A stretch of 64,000 nt of DNA from Octopus vulgaris (Eukaryota): positions 33,356,001-33,420,000 of the forward strand of contig OX597820.1 in assembly GCA_951406725.2 (NCBI GenBank), in the 5' to 3' direction. The notes below the pieces were generated by a model that saw nothing but the letters and a program-made list of their open reading frames with translations, had not been told where the DNA came from and did no database searches. The position numbers and the translations under genes were made by a program. The stretch's first letter is position 1. Each line of letters opens with the position of its first letter. This document shows, one piece after another, positions 40,471 to 55,020 of this stretch.

Positions 40471-40976
40471 TATATATATATATATATATTTTTTTTCCGT
40501 TTTTTGCGTATGTGAATCGCAGGGTTCGTCGTATTTGGAAAATGCTACTCCGTTTTTTGCGTATGTGAATCGCAGGGTTCGTCGTATTTGGAAAATCCAC
40601 TTATAGAAAATGGAAAAAACAGTCTTTGACTGCCATTTCTAATTCCTTCGGTATGCGGCGAGGCAGCCTGCTGCCCGCCCTTTAATTATTTTCACTATAT
40701 ATATATATATATATATATATCAGTGGCGACTCCAGCACTTGAGTTGCTTGGGCCTTAGCCGGAGTATAAACTTAGTAAAGTGAATGTGTATTTGCAAGCT
40801 GATTTAATTTCAGCCAACACTAACTTCAAGTATGTAATTGCAACCAATAACTCGGGTTCCTTTTATTGAGCCTGATCACAGTTCATTTATTTGCATTCAG
40901 TGTCTGGCGGTCATCTTAGAGGTGTCAAAAGAGTTAAGAAAAAACCCACAAGAAAGAGAGAGAGAGAAAGACTTAC

Positions 40977-41035
40977 CTCTAAAAATGACTCCTTGTTGAT
41001 TTCTCCATGGCAAACTGGTCCCTCTTTCCTACCAT
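40977..41035 (-). CDS. UCHL3: UCH-L3-like exon completing the catalytic Asp codon
   Basis: tttgtag|ATGGTAGG...TTAGAG|gtaagt; 59 nt; reads (D)GRKEGPVCHGEINKESFLE. Confidence 0.92.
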
Positions 41036-43000
41036 CTACAAATAAAGAAAGATAAAATGTTAAATGATACATTATATGTACATCTTTTTGCACCAGTCTG
41101 CTTGACTGACAATAGTTTCAATTCTTACTTCAAAGTCAAGTTCCCAACATATGCCACCCAGTTAAATGGAGTTTTATTCACAGGAGTGTGGCACATTGTC
41201 TAGTTCCTTTAGGGGTCGATAAAATAAATACCAGCTGAGAACTGAGTTGATGTAATCAACTTAACCCTGTCTCCAAAAGTACTGGCCTTGTGGCAAAATC
41301 TGAAACCAATATTACACATCATCAGAGAAAGAAGAATAAGATTTGCTGGACATTGCCAAAGAGCAAAGGATGAGATCACCAGTGACATTCTTCCTTGGGG
41401 TGTGAAGTATGAGTACACAAATGTTGACAGACCACATTGAACCTACAGAAGGCAACTGTGTGAGGACTCTGAGGAGACCTGCCACATGTAATAGCACACT
41501 GAACTGGAGGCAACGTGTCAAGGTGATCTGTGCAATGACTGGATGATGATCATCTTTTACCGGTTTCAGTCATTGGACTGCGGCCATGCTGGGGAATGGC
41601 TTTGAAGGGTTTAGTCAAACAAATCAGCTCCAGTACTTATTCTTTTTTAAAGACTGGTACTTATGCTACTGGCCTCTTTTTACCAAACCACTAAGTTATG
41701 TGGGACACAAACAAACCAACACTGGATGTCAATGGTGTCAGGAGACAAACACATATACATATATCTGGCTTCTTTCAATTTCAGCCTACCAAATCCATAA
41801 GGTTTTAGTTAGCCCAGGGCTATAGTAGAGGACGCTTGCTCAAGGTGCCATGCAGAGGGATTGAACTTGGAACCATGTGGTTGAGAAGCTAACTTCTTAC
41901 CACACAGCCACACCTCTGCACCTATATACAAATATACTACATTTCCAACAGTAGTTATTTGAACTAGATAAGAGAGCTTAGACAAAAAAATGTGAATGTC
42001 AAAACAACACTGTAACACTGACAACACCCTAACATTGATTGCACTAACTGATGTATCAACAAACAAACTTTTACATAGATACTCAACCAGCTAGACATAG
42101 TAGCCAAATCTTTCTCAAATCACATCCTGCAATTTTAACTCTTTTCATGCCCATCTACGATTGCCCCTGATCTGTGATACAAAAGGGTTGTTTTAAAGTG
42201 ATATGAATTTTCATCCAAATTTCATGTTACCTCATATTCTAAATACTAATGTAATAATCCTTTCTGTTATAGGCACAAGGCCTAAAATTTGGTGTTTATG
42301 TCCCTGTTACTTAGCGATTTGGCAAAAGAGACCGATAGAATAAGTACTAGGCTTACAAAGAATAAGTCCCGGGGTAGATTTGCTCAACTAAAGGCGGTGC
42401 TCCAGCATGGCCGCAGTCAAATGACTGAAACAAGTAAAAGAGTAATGATCGAGTTATTTTACAAAATTCTTCATTGTTTCAAAAAATTTATTTAAACCAA
42501 GACTGCGTCACAACAGGAGTATGGTGGCAAAGGAGTTAAATAAGTACAGGAGCTAGATAATGTGATCAAACATGGCTCTTAAAATATGAGATATTCACGA
42601 CCGGAATGACTTTGATCATAGTCTCACATGATTAAGATTGAATTAGCACTAAATAGTGACAACTACAGCCAGCTTAGGGCATAAACTGAACAAGCTACAA
42701 GTATGAGCCTCAGTCAGAACCATTCATTAGTTTAACCCAATTAACTTAACATATTAGACCTAATTATTAGCAAGATTATTATTTACACAAGAATGTAAGG
42801 TTTCATAATTTTATAATTATGCTTAAATATCCCACCTACATGCAGATAGGTTACACATCTTGGAAGCATTTTTGCAAGTTCAACAGTAACAATTACCAAA
42901 CAGAGCCCCCACAGGTTCCCAGAGCTCAGGGCCTCACCAGCTCTAAATTAGGTTTTATGATCTCTACGCCTTCTCTTTAGTGTAGGATGAATCTGTTTAA

Positions 43001-43471
43001 CCCTTTCATTAATGTATTTATGTTGAAATACACGTCTTTTCATCATCATTACTATCATATAATATCCATGTTCTTTGCTACCATGGGTTAGAACAGTCTG
43101 ATAGGATCCAAAGAACCAGAGGGCTCACCATGCTCCAATATCTGCTTTGGCATGGTTTCTACATTTGACGGTCTAATGCAAACCACTTTACAGCATGTAC
43201 TGGGTGCCTTTTTTTTTTTGTTCCACCAGCACTAGTGAGGGCACCATGCAGCTTGAAAAACTACAAACCCTGAGGCTTTATGCTAGATGAGGGGTGAACG
43301 CAGAACAGGTTTCTTGTTGTAGAGGAGATACAGGATTAATAATGAAAATAATTACAGATTAACATGGAATTCTGCTGGAAGGTTTTAATTCACATCACTT
43401 TAAAACAGGGAATTTGTAACAAAGAACTAGGGTGAGGGGAGTCTCAGGGGGGAAATTTGGTATCTAAAGGG
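43001..43471. mobile_element. piggyBac-like MITE interrupted by a SINE
   Basis: TTAA|CCCTTT ... AAAGGG|TTAA; internal similarity to 59172-59392. Confidence 0.55.
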
Positions 43472-44199
43472 TTAATTGGTACAAAGTGATACAAAGATAA
43501 CAGAGCATGGTTTTTAGAGCAGAACACATCAGCATACTGACATTCACGCCACTTCAGAGAAAGTTAACTACCAATGGAAAATAAATATTATTCTGAACAA
43601 GGAAGCAAGCAAGATTAGTTATCAGACCGGATTTAGTAGAAGTAGGATCTCAGAAACACAGGGTAACTTTCAAGGTCTTTTCTTCTTTTTAATAATAAAG
43701 AGATAGGATTCAGTTTAAATTTGGCTGCTATTTTAAAAAAAGTTGATTGACTAAGTAGAAGCTGATAGTTCAAGTAGAGGTGTCACTGAACCATCAAATG
43801 CACTGAAAATATAGAGTACCATAGCTTATTAAACAATCCCATACTTACCACTAACAAAGGGTGTGTAGGGGGTGGAGAGAAAGGGGAGGTGTGTGTGTGT
43901 GTGTAAAAATTGCCAAAAACATATTTGTATATGTATTAAACACCTACATATACACACACCATTTTTCTAATAACAGAATAATAACTTGCTTCCAAACAAC
44001 GAACTTAATGGTGTGCAAATAGCAACAACTACAGGAAGATTCCTTTTGTACTCTGTACACAGGAGCACTGCAAACCCATGGGGGGGGTGAGAAAAGAGGA
44101 GAGAATATTTGAAAAGTAAGCAGAAAGTGGCTAGAGATAAGTTAAATTTCACCACAACCACCACCGATATTAACAATAATTATCTTTTCTATTATAAAC

Positions 44200-45107
44200 A
44201 CAAGGAAGGCCTCGAATTTTGGTGAGGAAAAGTAGTTGATCACATCGACCCTAGCATTTAACTGGTACTTATTTCATTTATACTCAAAGGATGAAAGACA
44301 AAGTTGACCTCAGCAAAATTTGAACCGAGAATGTAAAGACAGACAAAATGCCACTAAGCATTTTGTAGGGCATGGTAACAATTTTGCCAGCAATTTCAAA
44401 GGGGAGTGGAGTAAGTTAGTTATTTTAACCCCAATGCTTGACTGGTACTTTATCAATCTCCAGAAGGATAAAAGGTAAACCCCAGAAGGATAAAAGGTAA
44501 AGTTGTCCCCAAGATGATTTTAACCCCAAATACAGAGCCAGAACAAATAATGAAAATAATGTTTTCTGACCGAGACACAGGGCCTGCAATGTTGAGTAAA
44601 AAATGGATCAAATCAACCCTGAAAGGATGAAAAACAGCACTGCTCTTGGCAAGATTTGAACACTTAATGTAAAGAACCAGAACAAATATTAAATAACAAT
44701 GATCCAATAACAACAAAAAACAAAAATAATGGTTTCAAAGAGGTTAATTAATACCCACACACATCTTCAGTACATGACTGGTACTATATTTTATCAACCT
44801 TGAAGAGATGAAAGACAAAGCTGACCTCAGTGGGATTCAAAATCTTTTGTAAAGAGCCAGAACAAATACTAAATAATAATAATAATAATAATACTTTCTA
44901 CTAAAGGCACAAGGCCTGAAATTTGGTGGGAGGGAACTAGTTGATTAAATCGATCTCAGAGTTTCATTGGTACTTAATTTATCAACCCCAAAAGGGTGAG
45001 AGACAAAGTCGATCTCAGCGGAATTTGAACTCAACACATAGCAACAGGCGAAATACTGCTAAGCATTTCATCCAGCGTGCTAACGATTCTGCCAGATCAC
45101 CACCTTG

Positions 45108-45154
<47 letters not shown>

Positions 45155-45610
45155 CCTTTCGACTAGAGGCATAAAGCTTAAATTTTTTTTTGGAGTGGAG
45201 TGTTAGTTGATTACGTTGACCTCAATACTCAACTGGTACTTATTTCACCAATCCTGAAATAATGAAAAGCCAAGTTAAGTGTAGCTGAATTTGAACTCAG
45301 ATTGTAAAGGCAGACAAAATGCTGCTATGTATTTCGTCCAATGTGCTAATGACTGTGCCAGTCGGTTGCCTTTATAATAATTCTAATATCAATTATCATT
45401 TCTCATATTGGAACAAGGCCAGCAATTTTGAAGGGAGAGCATTAGCTGATTACACTGACCCCATTGTTCAACTGGTAGTTAATTTTTCAACCCTGGAAAG
45501 GATGAAAAGCAAAGTCAACCTTAGTGGAATTTGAACTCAGAATGTAAAACCAGAAATTCCACAAAGCATTCTATCCAGCTTGCTAACAATTCTACCAGCT
45601 CACCACCTTA
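44200..45610 (-). mobile_element. Cluster of CpG-decayed family B SINEs
   Basis: Several tandem copies of ACTGGTACTT...GGATGAAAG.CAAAGT..ACCT...ATTTGAAC. Confidence 0.8.
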
Positions 45611-46663
45611 ATAATAATAAAAAAGTTAGATATATTTATCCAGGTAATATAAGTAAAGATAAAAACCATTAAAAAAAATGTATAAAGAAAATGAACTGGC
45701 ATTTAATTTTTTTTATTTATTTCATTTTAACATCAAAGAGAAATACGGAGTTTTGTTAGATTAACACTAAGACTACTACTACTACTACTACTACTACTAA
45801 TGTCTGCTAATATAAGGACGACGACCACCACCACCGTTACTGCTGTGCAAGACATTTAAGATCAGTTGCTAGGAAATTAACTTGGTTATTTACACAAATA
45901 TAATAAAAAGTGTCGGTAGGTGGTGGCCACCCTGACAAACAGGAGTTTATAGGAAAAAAAATCTTTTTTGAATAAAACAAAAACCAAAAAAAAAAAAGAT
46001 CAAGATTCCTTAACTTAAAGCTGATTTATTTTATTATTTTTATTATGATCATTATTATTATTATTGCTATCAAAGAGTTTTTGAAGCTTCTTTTCTTCCC
46101 CGCAATCTAAATACAAAACTTGGTGCATGCAGAAAAAGCATTTCAAAATGTCATCAGATTTCACAATAGAAAGCTAAGTTAGGAGCAAAATGGGTGAGAG
46201 AGATGAAGGTGAAAACCTGGGGGGGGGGGTTAGAGTCAACACCTACGTCTCTCACCTATGAAACTACCATAATAGTACCCAGTATACAGTATGCTACTCA
46301 AACAGGGTACTTTTCCCTTGGCCATGTTGCTTTATATTCGCAATCAGTGATTATTACATTCAGCCTATTTCTCTCTAAAGGTGCAAGTAAAGCATGGCTG
46401 TGTGGTTAAGAGAGTTCGCTCTGCAATCTCATGATGATTTTGGGTTCAGTTTTACTGCACAGTAACTGGGCTGGCCAACACTTTGTGAATGAATTTGGTA
46501 GAGGAAAACCATAGGAAACCCATTGCATATGTATGTATGTGTATGTGTGTGTATGTGTGTATATGTGCACTTATTTGTGTGTGTGTGTATGTGCACGTGC
46601 GCCTGTGTGTGTGTGCGCGCACCTCTGTGAGTGTGCATGTGTATGCCTATGTGTGCGCATGTG

Positions 46664-46702
<39 letters not shown>

Positions 46703-46972
46703 GTATTTGCCACTAAGTGTTGTGCCTGGGCACACGTTTTCCTATGCTTGTGCTTGCCTGAGTTTCTGTGTCTGCTTACGCAATGTATGGCCACCCTTCC
46801 AGCTGTCTCAGAGTCAGGACACAAACTTTTACAAAACACAAATTAATTTCTCAAGTGCCACAAAGATTACTAACAATTTGCAACCTGTCATTTGACTCCC
46901 ACATCAGACATTCAGTATATCAAACAAACTGACACCCACCCTCACCAACACACACACTTCATCAACATTTAA

Positions 46973-47157
46973 CCCTTTAGCATATAAATCGGCCATATCT
47001 GGCCAAGATATTCTATTTGTTTTATTGCTCAAACATCACCCTAAAAATAATGATCTCATCATCAGAATCTCAAAGCTATGAGCTATAATGCATGATTAAT
47101 TCAAAACAACCTGATTAAATAAGCATAATATTTCAGAGTAATTTGACTGCTAAAGGG
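46973..47157. mobile_element. piggyBac-like MITE
   Basis: TTAA|CCCTTTAGCA ... TGCTAAAGGG|TTAA. Confidence 0.7.
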
Positions 47158-47613
47158 TTAACATCCACTTTTCCATGTTTGCATGGGTTAGATGGAGTTT
47201 ACTGAAGCAGACTTTCTACAGCTAGATGCCCTCCTGTCATCCAGCCTCACCCATTTCCAAGCAAGTAATATTTTCCCATGGCCAGACAGATTCTTCTTCT
47301 AAACAACCCAAACTTGTTTCCAAGTAAGGTAATAATCTTGACAAACAGCCCAAAATGGCCCTCATGGTGGACTGCAAGCAAAAGACACATTAACATTGTT
47401 TGTACTTTTAAAAATTCAGCCCCAAATTAAATTTTATTTTTTTTTGTTTCATAGATAGTCAATTGAATTTATTATTACAGAAATTTCATACAAAATATTC
47501 AAATATGCTGACCAGTCTACAATACATATATGTATATGAGACACACCCATACCCAGACATATACATATATAAATATATAACATATACAAGTATATAAAAA
47601 TGTATATACTAAC

Positions 47614-47689
47614 CAAGTTCATAAAGTTTGTTATTGCGTGAAATCAATGTAATAAAGTGACGGACCACTGCTTGGTCACGTGGAGGGGC
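47614..47689 (-). CDS. UCHL3: UCH-L3-like exon containing the catalytic His
   Basis: ttcttcag|GCC...CTTG|gttagt; 76 nt; reads APPRDQAVVRHFITLISRNNKLYEL(D). Confidence 0.92.
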
Positions 47690-47749
47690 CTGAAGAATGG
47701 AAGAAAATATTTTAAAATATATACATATTTATTGAGGCAAGTGAAAATG

Positions 47750-48220
47750 AAAAAATGAAAATCAAAATCGATCAACATCAATGGAAATTGTAGCTGTGAT
47801 ACCAGTGCCGATGGCACGTAAGAGAACCATCCGAACGTGGCCGTTGCCAGCGCCACCCCGACTGGCCTCCGGGCTGGTGGCATGTAAAATGCACCATCCG
47901 ATTGTGGCCAGTGGCACGTAAAATGCACCATCCGATTGTGGCCGTTGCCAGCCTCATCTGGCCCCCGTGCCGGTGGCACGTAAAAAGCACCATCTGATCG
48001 TGGCTGTTTGCCAACCTCGTCTGGCACCTGTGCAGGTGGCACATAAAAAGCACCCACTACACTCACGGAGTGGTTGGCGTTAGGAAGGGCATCCAGCCAT
48101 AGAAACACTGCCAGATCAGACTGGGCCTGGCGCAGCCTTCAGGCTTCCCAGACCCCAGTTGAACTGTCCAACCCATGCTAGAATGGAAAACGGATGTTAA
48201 ACAATGATGATGATGATGAT
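47750..48220 (+). mobile_element. Family D retroposon with internal tandem subrepeats and a (TGA)n tail
   Basis: Repeats of GGCACGTAAAA.GCACCATCCGAT.GTGGCC, then GGAGTGGTTGGCGTTAGGAAGGGCATCCAGC. Related minus-strand copies at about 50197-50560 and 57565-57890. Confidence 0.75.
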
Positions 48221-50718
48221 TTATATAGCAGAAAAACTGATAAACACAAGGTAACTTAATGCATATATTTACATGGCTTACAAAATACAGAGAAAGGAAA
48301 ACAGAAATATATCAAACAAAAGGAATTATGTAATGGTCTTATCTTGACAGCTCTTTCAGGAGCACCAAGGTTTATGCCATAGTCACATTCAGAAAGACTC
48401 ATGGTATCAAAGATGTAGCTAATTTTTGATGCCAGAGGCCTTCAACGAAGGAATTGGAATTTAAGTTCTCAATTGTCTGAACACTACTCTGTGGCCATAT
48501 CTACCACACTTCTATCAAGTTCTATCACTTACAAACACCAACCCACCTGAGATTGCCTGGTAGACTCAAGTATACGTAGATTAACCTTTTGTAACCATAT
48601 TTCTGCTGAAATACACAGTCTTTGTTTCAAATAATTTTGAAAATAGTGAAGAATTTATCAAAATAAATTTGTCAAACTGGTGTTTGGAACACAAATTCAC
48701 TTAAGATTTTGATAGGTTTAAATTTCAATCAATTAAAAACAAAAACTTTGTATTACAGAACCAGGAGTTCCCCAGGCAGGTCAGTATCACTAGGATTAAA
48801 TTGAAACCTTTGTAATAATCTTGTTACAAGATAAATTATATTGTGAGGTTTCCAATGTATCGGCACCAACAGATACATAAAACTACAAATATTTTATTAA
48901 AGGTTCCCCAAAATCTTGATAAGTAGTCGACATATAGGAAATAGCATCAGGAAAGGACTAAAACATAAAACCGTTTCCAATGTTCATAGCTTATGGTGTA
49001 AGAGTACATATCTCAGCACCAGTGGGTATTGGGCTTGGCATCAAACCTCAGATCAAGGAACTGACTGAGTTCTTCAGCTAGGTCTTCATTTCATGTTGCT
49101 ACAGCATGGCAACAGTTAAGGGGTTACCCCTGCATTGAACAGGCAACAATGTTGTTTCAGATGATTAAAACTACAGAAATTGGTTTAACCTCTGGCTTAA
49201 ATAGGCTTCGTGTCTCAAGACAAATTAACTTAATCCTTTGCCTAGCCAAAGCATTTTCATAAGTTTGTCCTACATGTCCCATGCTTGTTTTCAGATTTTT
49301 AGTTAGCCCTTCATTCATATATTTTGAGGAAATTAAAGATTTCCTTTCAAAAGTCGCCAGTTACATTGGTGGGTGAAAAACATTGGGGATGTGTATCATA
49401 TATGATACATGAATAGCATGGAAATATGACCTGTGCTTCATGTGATACACAGGACAAACAAAGAGCTGATGAGACAGCCTTAGAGCAAAAAACTTCACTC
49501 TTTTTCACACACACACATTTCATTATGATTATCTCTTCTGGATACCCAACAGACAAATTATATAATTCAGTTACTTGGATAACAATCACAGTAAATGACC
49601 AAAGAATTTCCTCAGCTTCTAAGTGAAGAATTTTCTTTGTGTGTTTTAATTGGTAAAAGAACAGCAGCACTTACACTCTTTCCTGGTCTTTGAGACATGA
49701 GAGAGAAAAAATAACTTGTGGATTATTGCTACAATAGGGGGCAGTTTATCAGCATATTGAATAATCTATCCCTCAAACTTGGATCAAATCCTTGCAAGAG
49801 ACTGAACCCCACTGAAGACCTCCACCTACCACAAGAGGTCAAGTGGTGGTGCTAAACCACATAACAGTTTACACTACAACTCATGAACCAGCATAATCCA
49901 GACAAGCTTTTTACATGAAACAAAACACTTGTTCTCTCTCTGACCCAATTACCCAGCATTGTTCAAGGCTGTCTTCAATTTCACCGGATCATTTTCAAGA
50001 GGACATTTTTTTCAGAGCACTTCTGAGTACTTACCATTCTTGTAACCAGAGACACACCTCTTTGAGATAGGGACATGTCATGTAAATACAGAAAGCTTAA
50101 CTAGGTCATTTAGTGACATACCAACACAACCACTCTTACTGAATCAACTCAGAAGCAAAAGAATTCAAAACACTCTCATTCATTATGCACATACACATCA
50201 TCGTTTAACGTTTGCTTTCCATGCTAGCATGGGTTGGATGATTTGACTGAGGATTGGCAAACCAGATGGCTGCATCAGATTCCAATCTGATCTGGCAGAG
50301 TTTCTACAGCTGGATGCCCTTCCTACTGCCAACCACTCAGAGAGTGTAGTGGGTACTTTTATGTACCACCAGCACAAGGGCCAGTCAGGCAGTACTGGCA
50401 ATGGCCATGCTCAAATGGTGTTTTTTATGTACCACCTGCACAGGAGCCAGTCCAGCGGCATTGGCAACGATCTTGCTCGAATGCTTCTTCACGTGCCACC
50501 AGCACAAGTGCCAGTGAGGCGACACTGGTAATGATCATGCTCGAATGGAGCTTTTTACATGCCACATATGTGTATATATATTTTTTACTTTTTTTATTTC
50601 ATCTAGTTTCAGCTCACAAGCTGTAGCCAAGCTGGGGCACCGCCATGCGCATAAACACTCAATTAGTTTTAGTGCTTACAACATTCAGCTATAAAAAAGT
50701 CTTCAAATTATTACATAC

Positions 50719-50766
50719 CTGAGTTTGCCCTTCCTGAGCACAATCTTCATGGACTACGCCCATTTC
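50719..50766 (-). CDS. UCHL3: UCH-L3-like exon (start of crossover-loop region)
   Basis: ctcctag|GAA...ACTCAG|gtatgt; 48 nt; reads EMGVVHEDCAQEGQTQ with the conserved H...A.EGQT motif. Confidence 0.92.
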
Positions 50767-51754
50767 CTAGGAGAGAATAAATTAGCATAAATTAAAACAA
50801 TGCAAGACATATACTGCAATCAACCATCATGTGAATTATGCTGAATAGAACAAATATCCAAGAATGTCACAGGGAAGAGTTACAAGAAAGATTCTCGAGG
50901 CGAAACCAACCGAGGGGACCGAGGGGAAGACCAAGAACAAGTTAGTTGAATAATATCCATAGTCTCAGTTGGTCATACTTAGGAATCCAGCTGAAGAGTC
51001 CAATAATGGTTGCTTTTGCTAGGACCCTACAGAGGAGGTGTTTTATGACTATTCCCATGACACTTCCAAGAACAGCTGGTTAAGAAGATGAATGGATGTA
51101 ATCGTTAAGATGTGTTTGTTTTGAATAATGTTTTTTCAAACTAACACTTTTTTTCATATTATATTTACTGAATTTGCAGAAAAGGACAGTGCCCATAGCA
51201 TTCAGTGGCCCTTGTTAATGCTCCTACTGACCCTTTCACCTGCATTAGCTGAAGCCTAAATTTTAATATTGATTTCAAAGTTTGGCACGAGGCCAGCAAT
51301 ATCAGGGTGGGGCTAAGTTGATTATATCAACCCCAGTGTTCAACTGGTACATATTTTATCAACCCCAAAAGGATGAAAGGCAGAGCTGACCTCATCAGAA
51401 TTTGAACTAAGAATGTAAAGACAGACACAATGATGCTTGGTATTTTACTCATCATGGGTAATGATTCTGCCAGCTTGTCACCTTAACCTAAACTCTAATA
51501 TTAAATATCTTCTGTAATCATCATCATTGTCATTTTTGAATCTGCTTTTCAATGCAAGCATGGGTTATATGGAATTTACAAAGGCAGATGATTTTTCATG
51601 GCCAGATGCTCTTCCTGTAACAAACCCTCATTTGTTTTCAAACAAGGTAAATATTTCCCTATGACAAGGCATGTCTTTGAAGATTGGACACGAGGGACAC
51701 TGCTTGTATGATGGTGACAACTACCACGTGATGTCAAGACAAGGAGACAAACAT

Positions 51755-51810
<56 letters not shown>

Positions 51811-52461
51811 TATGAGTTAGAGGTTATGCAACCATCTAAGGGATAAATGTATCCATAGGCACTACTGGTGTATTACCTAACTATGTATAGAACAAAAAAT
51901 AAACCTCTTAATCCTTTACTTGAAAACAGATAATAGTCCCAGAATCTTGTCTTAAATAACTGCATTTCCCAAGCCTAAGCTAGCATGGACAAATTGATGT
52001 TAAAAGAACAAACAAATTAAATAACTTCTAATTTCAATGATCCAATGCCAACAACTGAGATGCAGGCGAGCCACAATTATGGTCACTGTTAAAAATAATG
52101 GCTAGATTTCCTTCAAGTCACACACATCTTAGAAAAGAAGGGTTTATTGGATAATGCAGGCCTAGGTGCACTGTCCATGGCCAAAGATAGAGATCAGTTG
52201 GCCTGTATGGTCAATCAAGGTGAACCTGGAGTTCAACAATAGTGACATCCATTCTTTTTTCTCTCCTGAGAATAATAAAGTTTTAAGAGAAAACAAAATT
52301 TAGGTGCGGGCTATGTGGTAAGAAGTTGACTTCCCAGCCACATGGTTCCAGTTCAGTCCCACTGTGTGGCACTTTAGGCAAGTGTATTCTACTATAACCC
52401 AAAGTCAACCAAAGGCTTGTAAGTGGATTTCTTAGATGGAAACAGAAAGAAGTCCATGCAT

Positions 52462-52496
<35 letters not shown>

Positions 52497-53188
52497 CCCA
52501 TCACCACTTGACAACCAGTGTTGGTTTGTTTATGTCCCCATAACTTAGAGGTTCAGCATAAGAGTCTGACAGAATAAATACCAGGATCACTTCAGTTAGA
52601 TGAGTATTTTATGGGTATGCAGGTATTCTGAATGACAACCGTGCCGTGAATAGTTATGGATCCCCTTGGCAAAGCATAGCACCCATTCAGCCACCCTGCC
52701 AGCATGGTGGAGTGTGAAGAGGTAGCAGAAGAACTGCGAGCTGGCAGAAACGTTAAGTACCAGTTACGCACTGGTGTCGATGTAATCGACTTAATCCCTT
52801 TGCCTGTCCTTGTTTGTCTCCTCTATGTTTAGCCCCATGTGGGCAATAAAGAAATAAAAAGAAATAAGAGCTCAGCTGAAACGACAGTGCTTCTTACATA
52901 GATGTTGAGCCAAGAAATCCTAGAAAATCAACAGTCAGGATAACGAAGGACTACCAAGAGAGTAATTGCACCACATCCATATGGGTGGCATCCAAGATTG
53001 TGTAACCAGCTAATGAAAGATTCACCATGACTCAAGCTCCCAATTCAAATTCATAATAGAAAGATGGGAATCTGTGAAAGCAGCAGCCAAAAACAGAAAG
53101 GAAGAAAGAAAAAAACACTGTCGAGGCTGTGCCTCAGCATAGCTGCAATCCAATGAACGAAACAAGTAAAAAATAAGAGATATATTAC

Positions 53189-53271
53189 CCGATTGAATTC
53201 AAGATATGAAGCTTTTTCTTCTGGGGTCATTGACTTGGTTTCTGCTATGAATTTCTTCATATAACCATCAT
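53189..53271 (-). CDS. UCHL3: UCH-L3-like exon (most 5' exon found in the window)
   Basis: ttatacag|ATGATGG...AATCGG|gtaata; 83 nt, phase 1 to 0; reads DGYMKKFIAETKSMTPEEKASYLEFNR. Confidence 0.9.
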
Positions 53272-53304
53272 CTGTATAACAGAAAGACAAAAATAATTAT
53301 ATAT

Positions 53305-53715
53305 TTCTTTATTGCCCACAAGGGGCTAAACTTAGAGGGGACAAACAAGGACAGACAAAGGAAATAAGTCGATTACATCGACCCCCCAGTGCGTAACTGG
53401 TACTTTATCGACCCCGAAAGGATGAAAGGCAAAGTCGACCTCAGCGGAATTTAAACTCAGAATGTAACAGCAGACGAAATACCTATTTCTTTACTACCCA
53501 CAAGGGGCGAAACACAGAGGACACAAACAAGGACTAACAGATGGATTAAGTCGATTATATCGACCCCAGTGAGTAACTGGTACTTAATTTATCGACCCCG
53601 AAAGGATGAAATGCAAAGTCGACCTCAGCAGAATTTAAACAAAGAATATAACGGCGGACAAAATACTGCTAAGCATTTCGCCCAGCACGCTAATGTTTCT
53701 GCCAGCTCGCCACCT
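53305..53715 (-). mobile_element. Family B SINE with duplicated module, ending just upstream of the exon acceptor
   Basis: Two tandem Nin-plus-tail modules and a head. Confidence 0.85.
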
Positions 53716-54092
53716 AATAATTATATTTTAATGTCTGCTTACTATGTTTGCATGGATCAGAGGAAATTTATAGGAGCAGGTTTACTATGGCTAGACAGCC
53801 TTCCTGTTACTCCACCTAGTCCTTTGAATATGAACTGCACAATGGGCAAATGTGTTTGCATGGAAAAATTGAATGCAAACAAACAATATCACTTGTCCCA
53901 CAGCGACATTTGTTTACAAATAGCATGTGATGTCAAGACATGAACACATATACGCACACGTTTATACACCCACACGATAGACTTCCTTCAATTTCCATCT
54001 ACCAAATCCACTAGCAAGATTTTGGTCAAACAATGAGCTTGAAAAGTGAACTTTTTAAAACCAAAACAATACATACATACATATACACAAAC

Positions 54093-54137
<45 letters not shown>

Positions 54138-54622
54138 CACATAAATATATATATACATATGTACACACACACATATACACATACATACACACGCACACAT
54201 ATACACATACATACACACATATACACATGTGTACACACTCACAGACACATGTACCCAACACACATATATACACACATGTACACATGGTTTTGGGTTTAAA
54301 AAGTTCACACACCTATCACTACATATTTCTTTTCACTACTTTTTGTGTATATTTATCCCCTCCCTGAAAGATGAACAATTAACTCACCCCCATTCCCAAA
54401 ATAATGATCACCAATTACCTCCCTTTAAATTTTTCTACTTGTTGAATTGTTCATAAACTTTTCTACACACAATATGGACTAAAATCTTAAGAAAATACGA
54501 AATTACAATAATTTCAATGTCATGATTAGCAAAAGTGAAACCAGTTGACAAACACAATATAAAATATATTTTAAAAAAATATATTAAAACTATATAAAGT
54601 GTGTGCATTTTCCTTCTTTTAG

Positions 54623-54668
<46 letters not shown>

Positions 54669-55020
54669 TACTCACATACACACACATACATCATCATCAT
54701 CATCATTCAACATTTATTTTCCATACTATCATGGGTTGAACGGTTTGACAGAATTTGATGGGTCAAAACACAGCATCATGCTCCAATGTCAACATTGACA
54801 GTTTCTACAGTTGGATACCTTTTCTAATGACAGCCACTTCACTTGGTGCTTTTTACATAGCACCCACACTAATGAGGTCAGAATGCAGCCTGCAAGACTA
54901 AGATTCCCGGGAATGAGTAGAGCTGCAGTAGAGAGGGAAGAAGGCAGCTTTATGCTATGGAACAAGGAACCAAAGTGAGACAAAGATCCAGAATAATATA
55001 TATATAATATATATATATAT

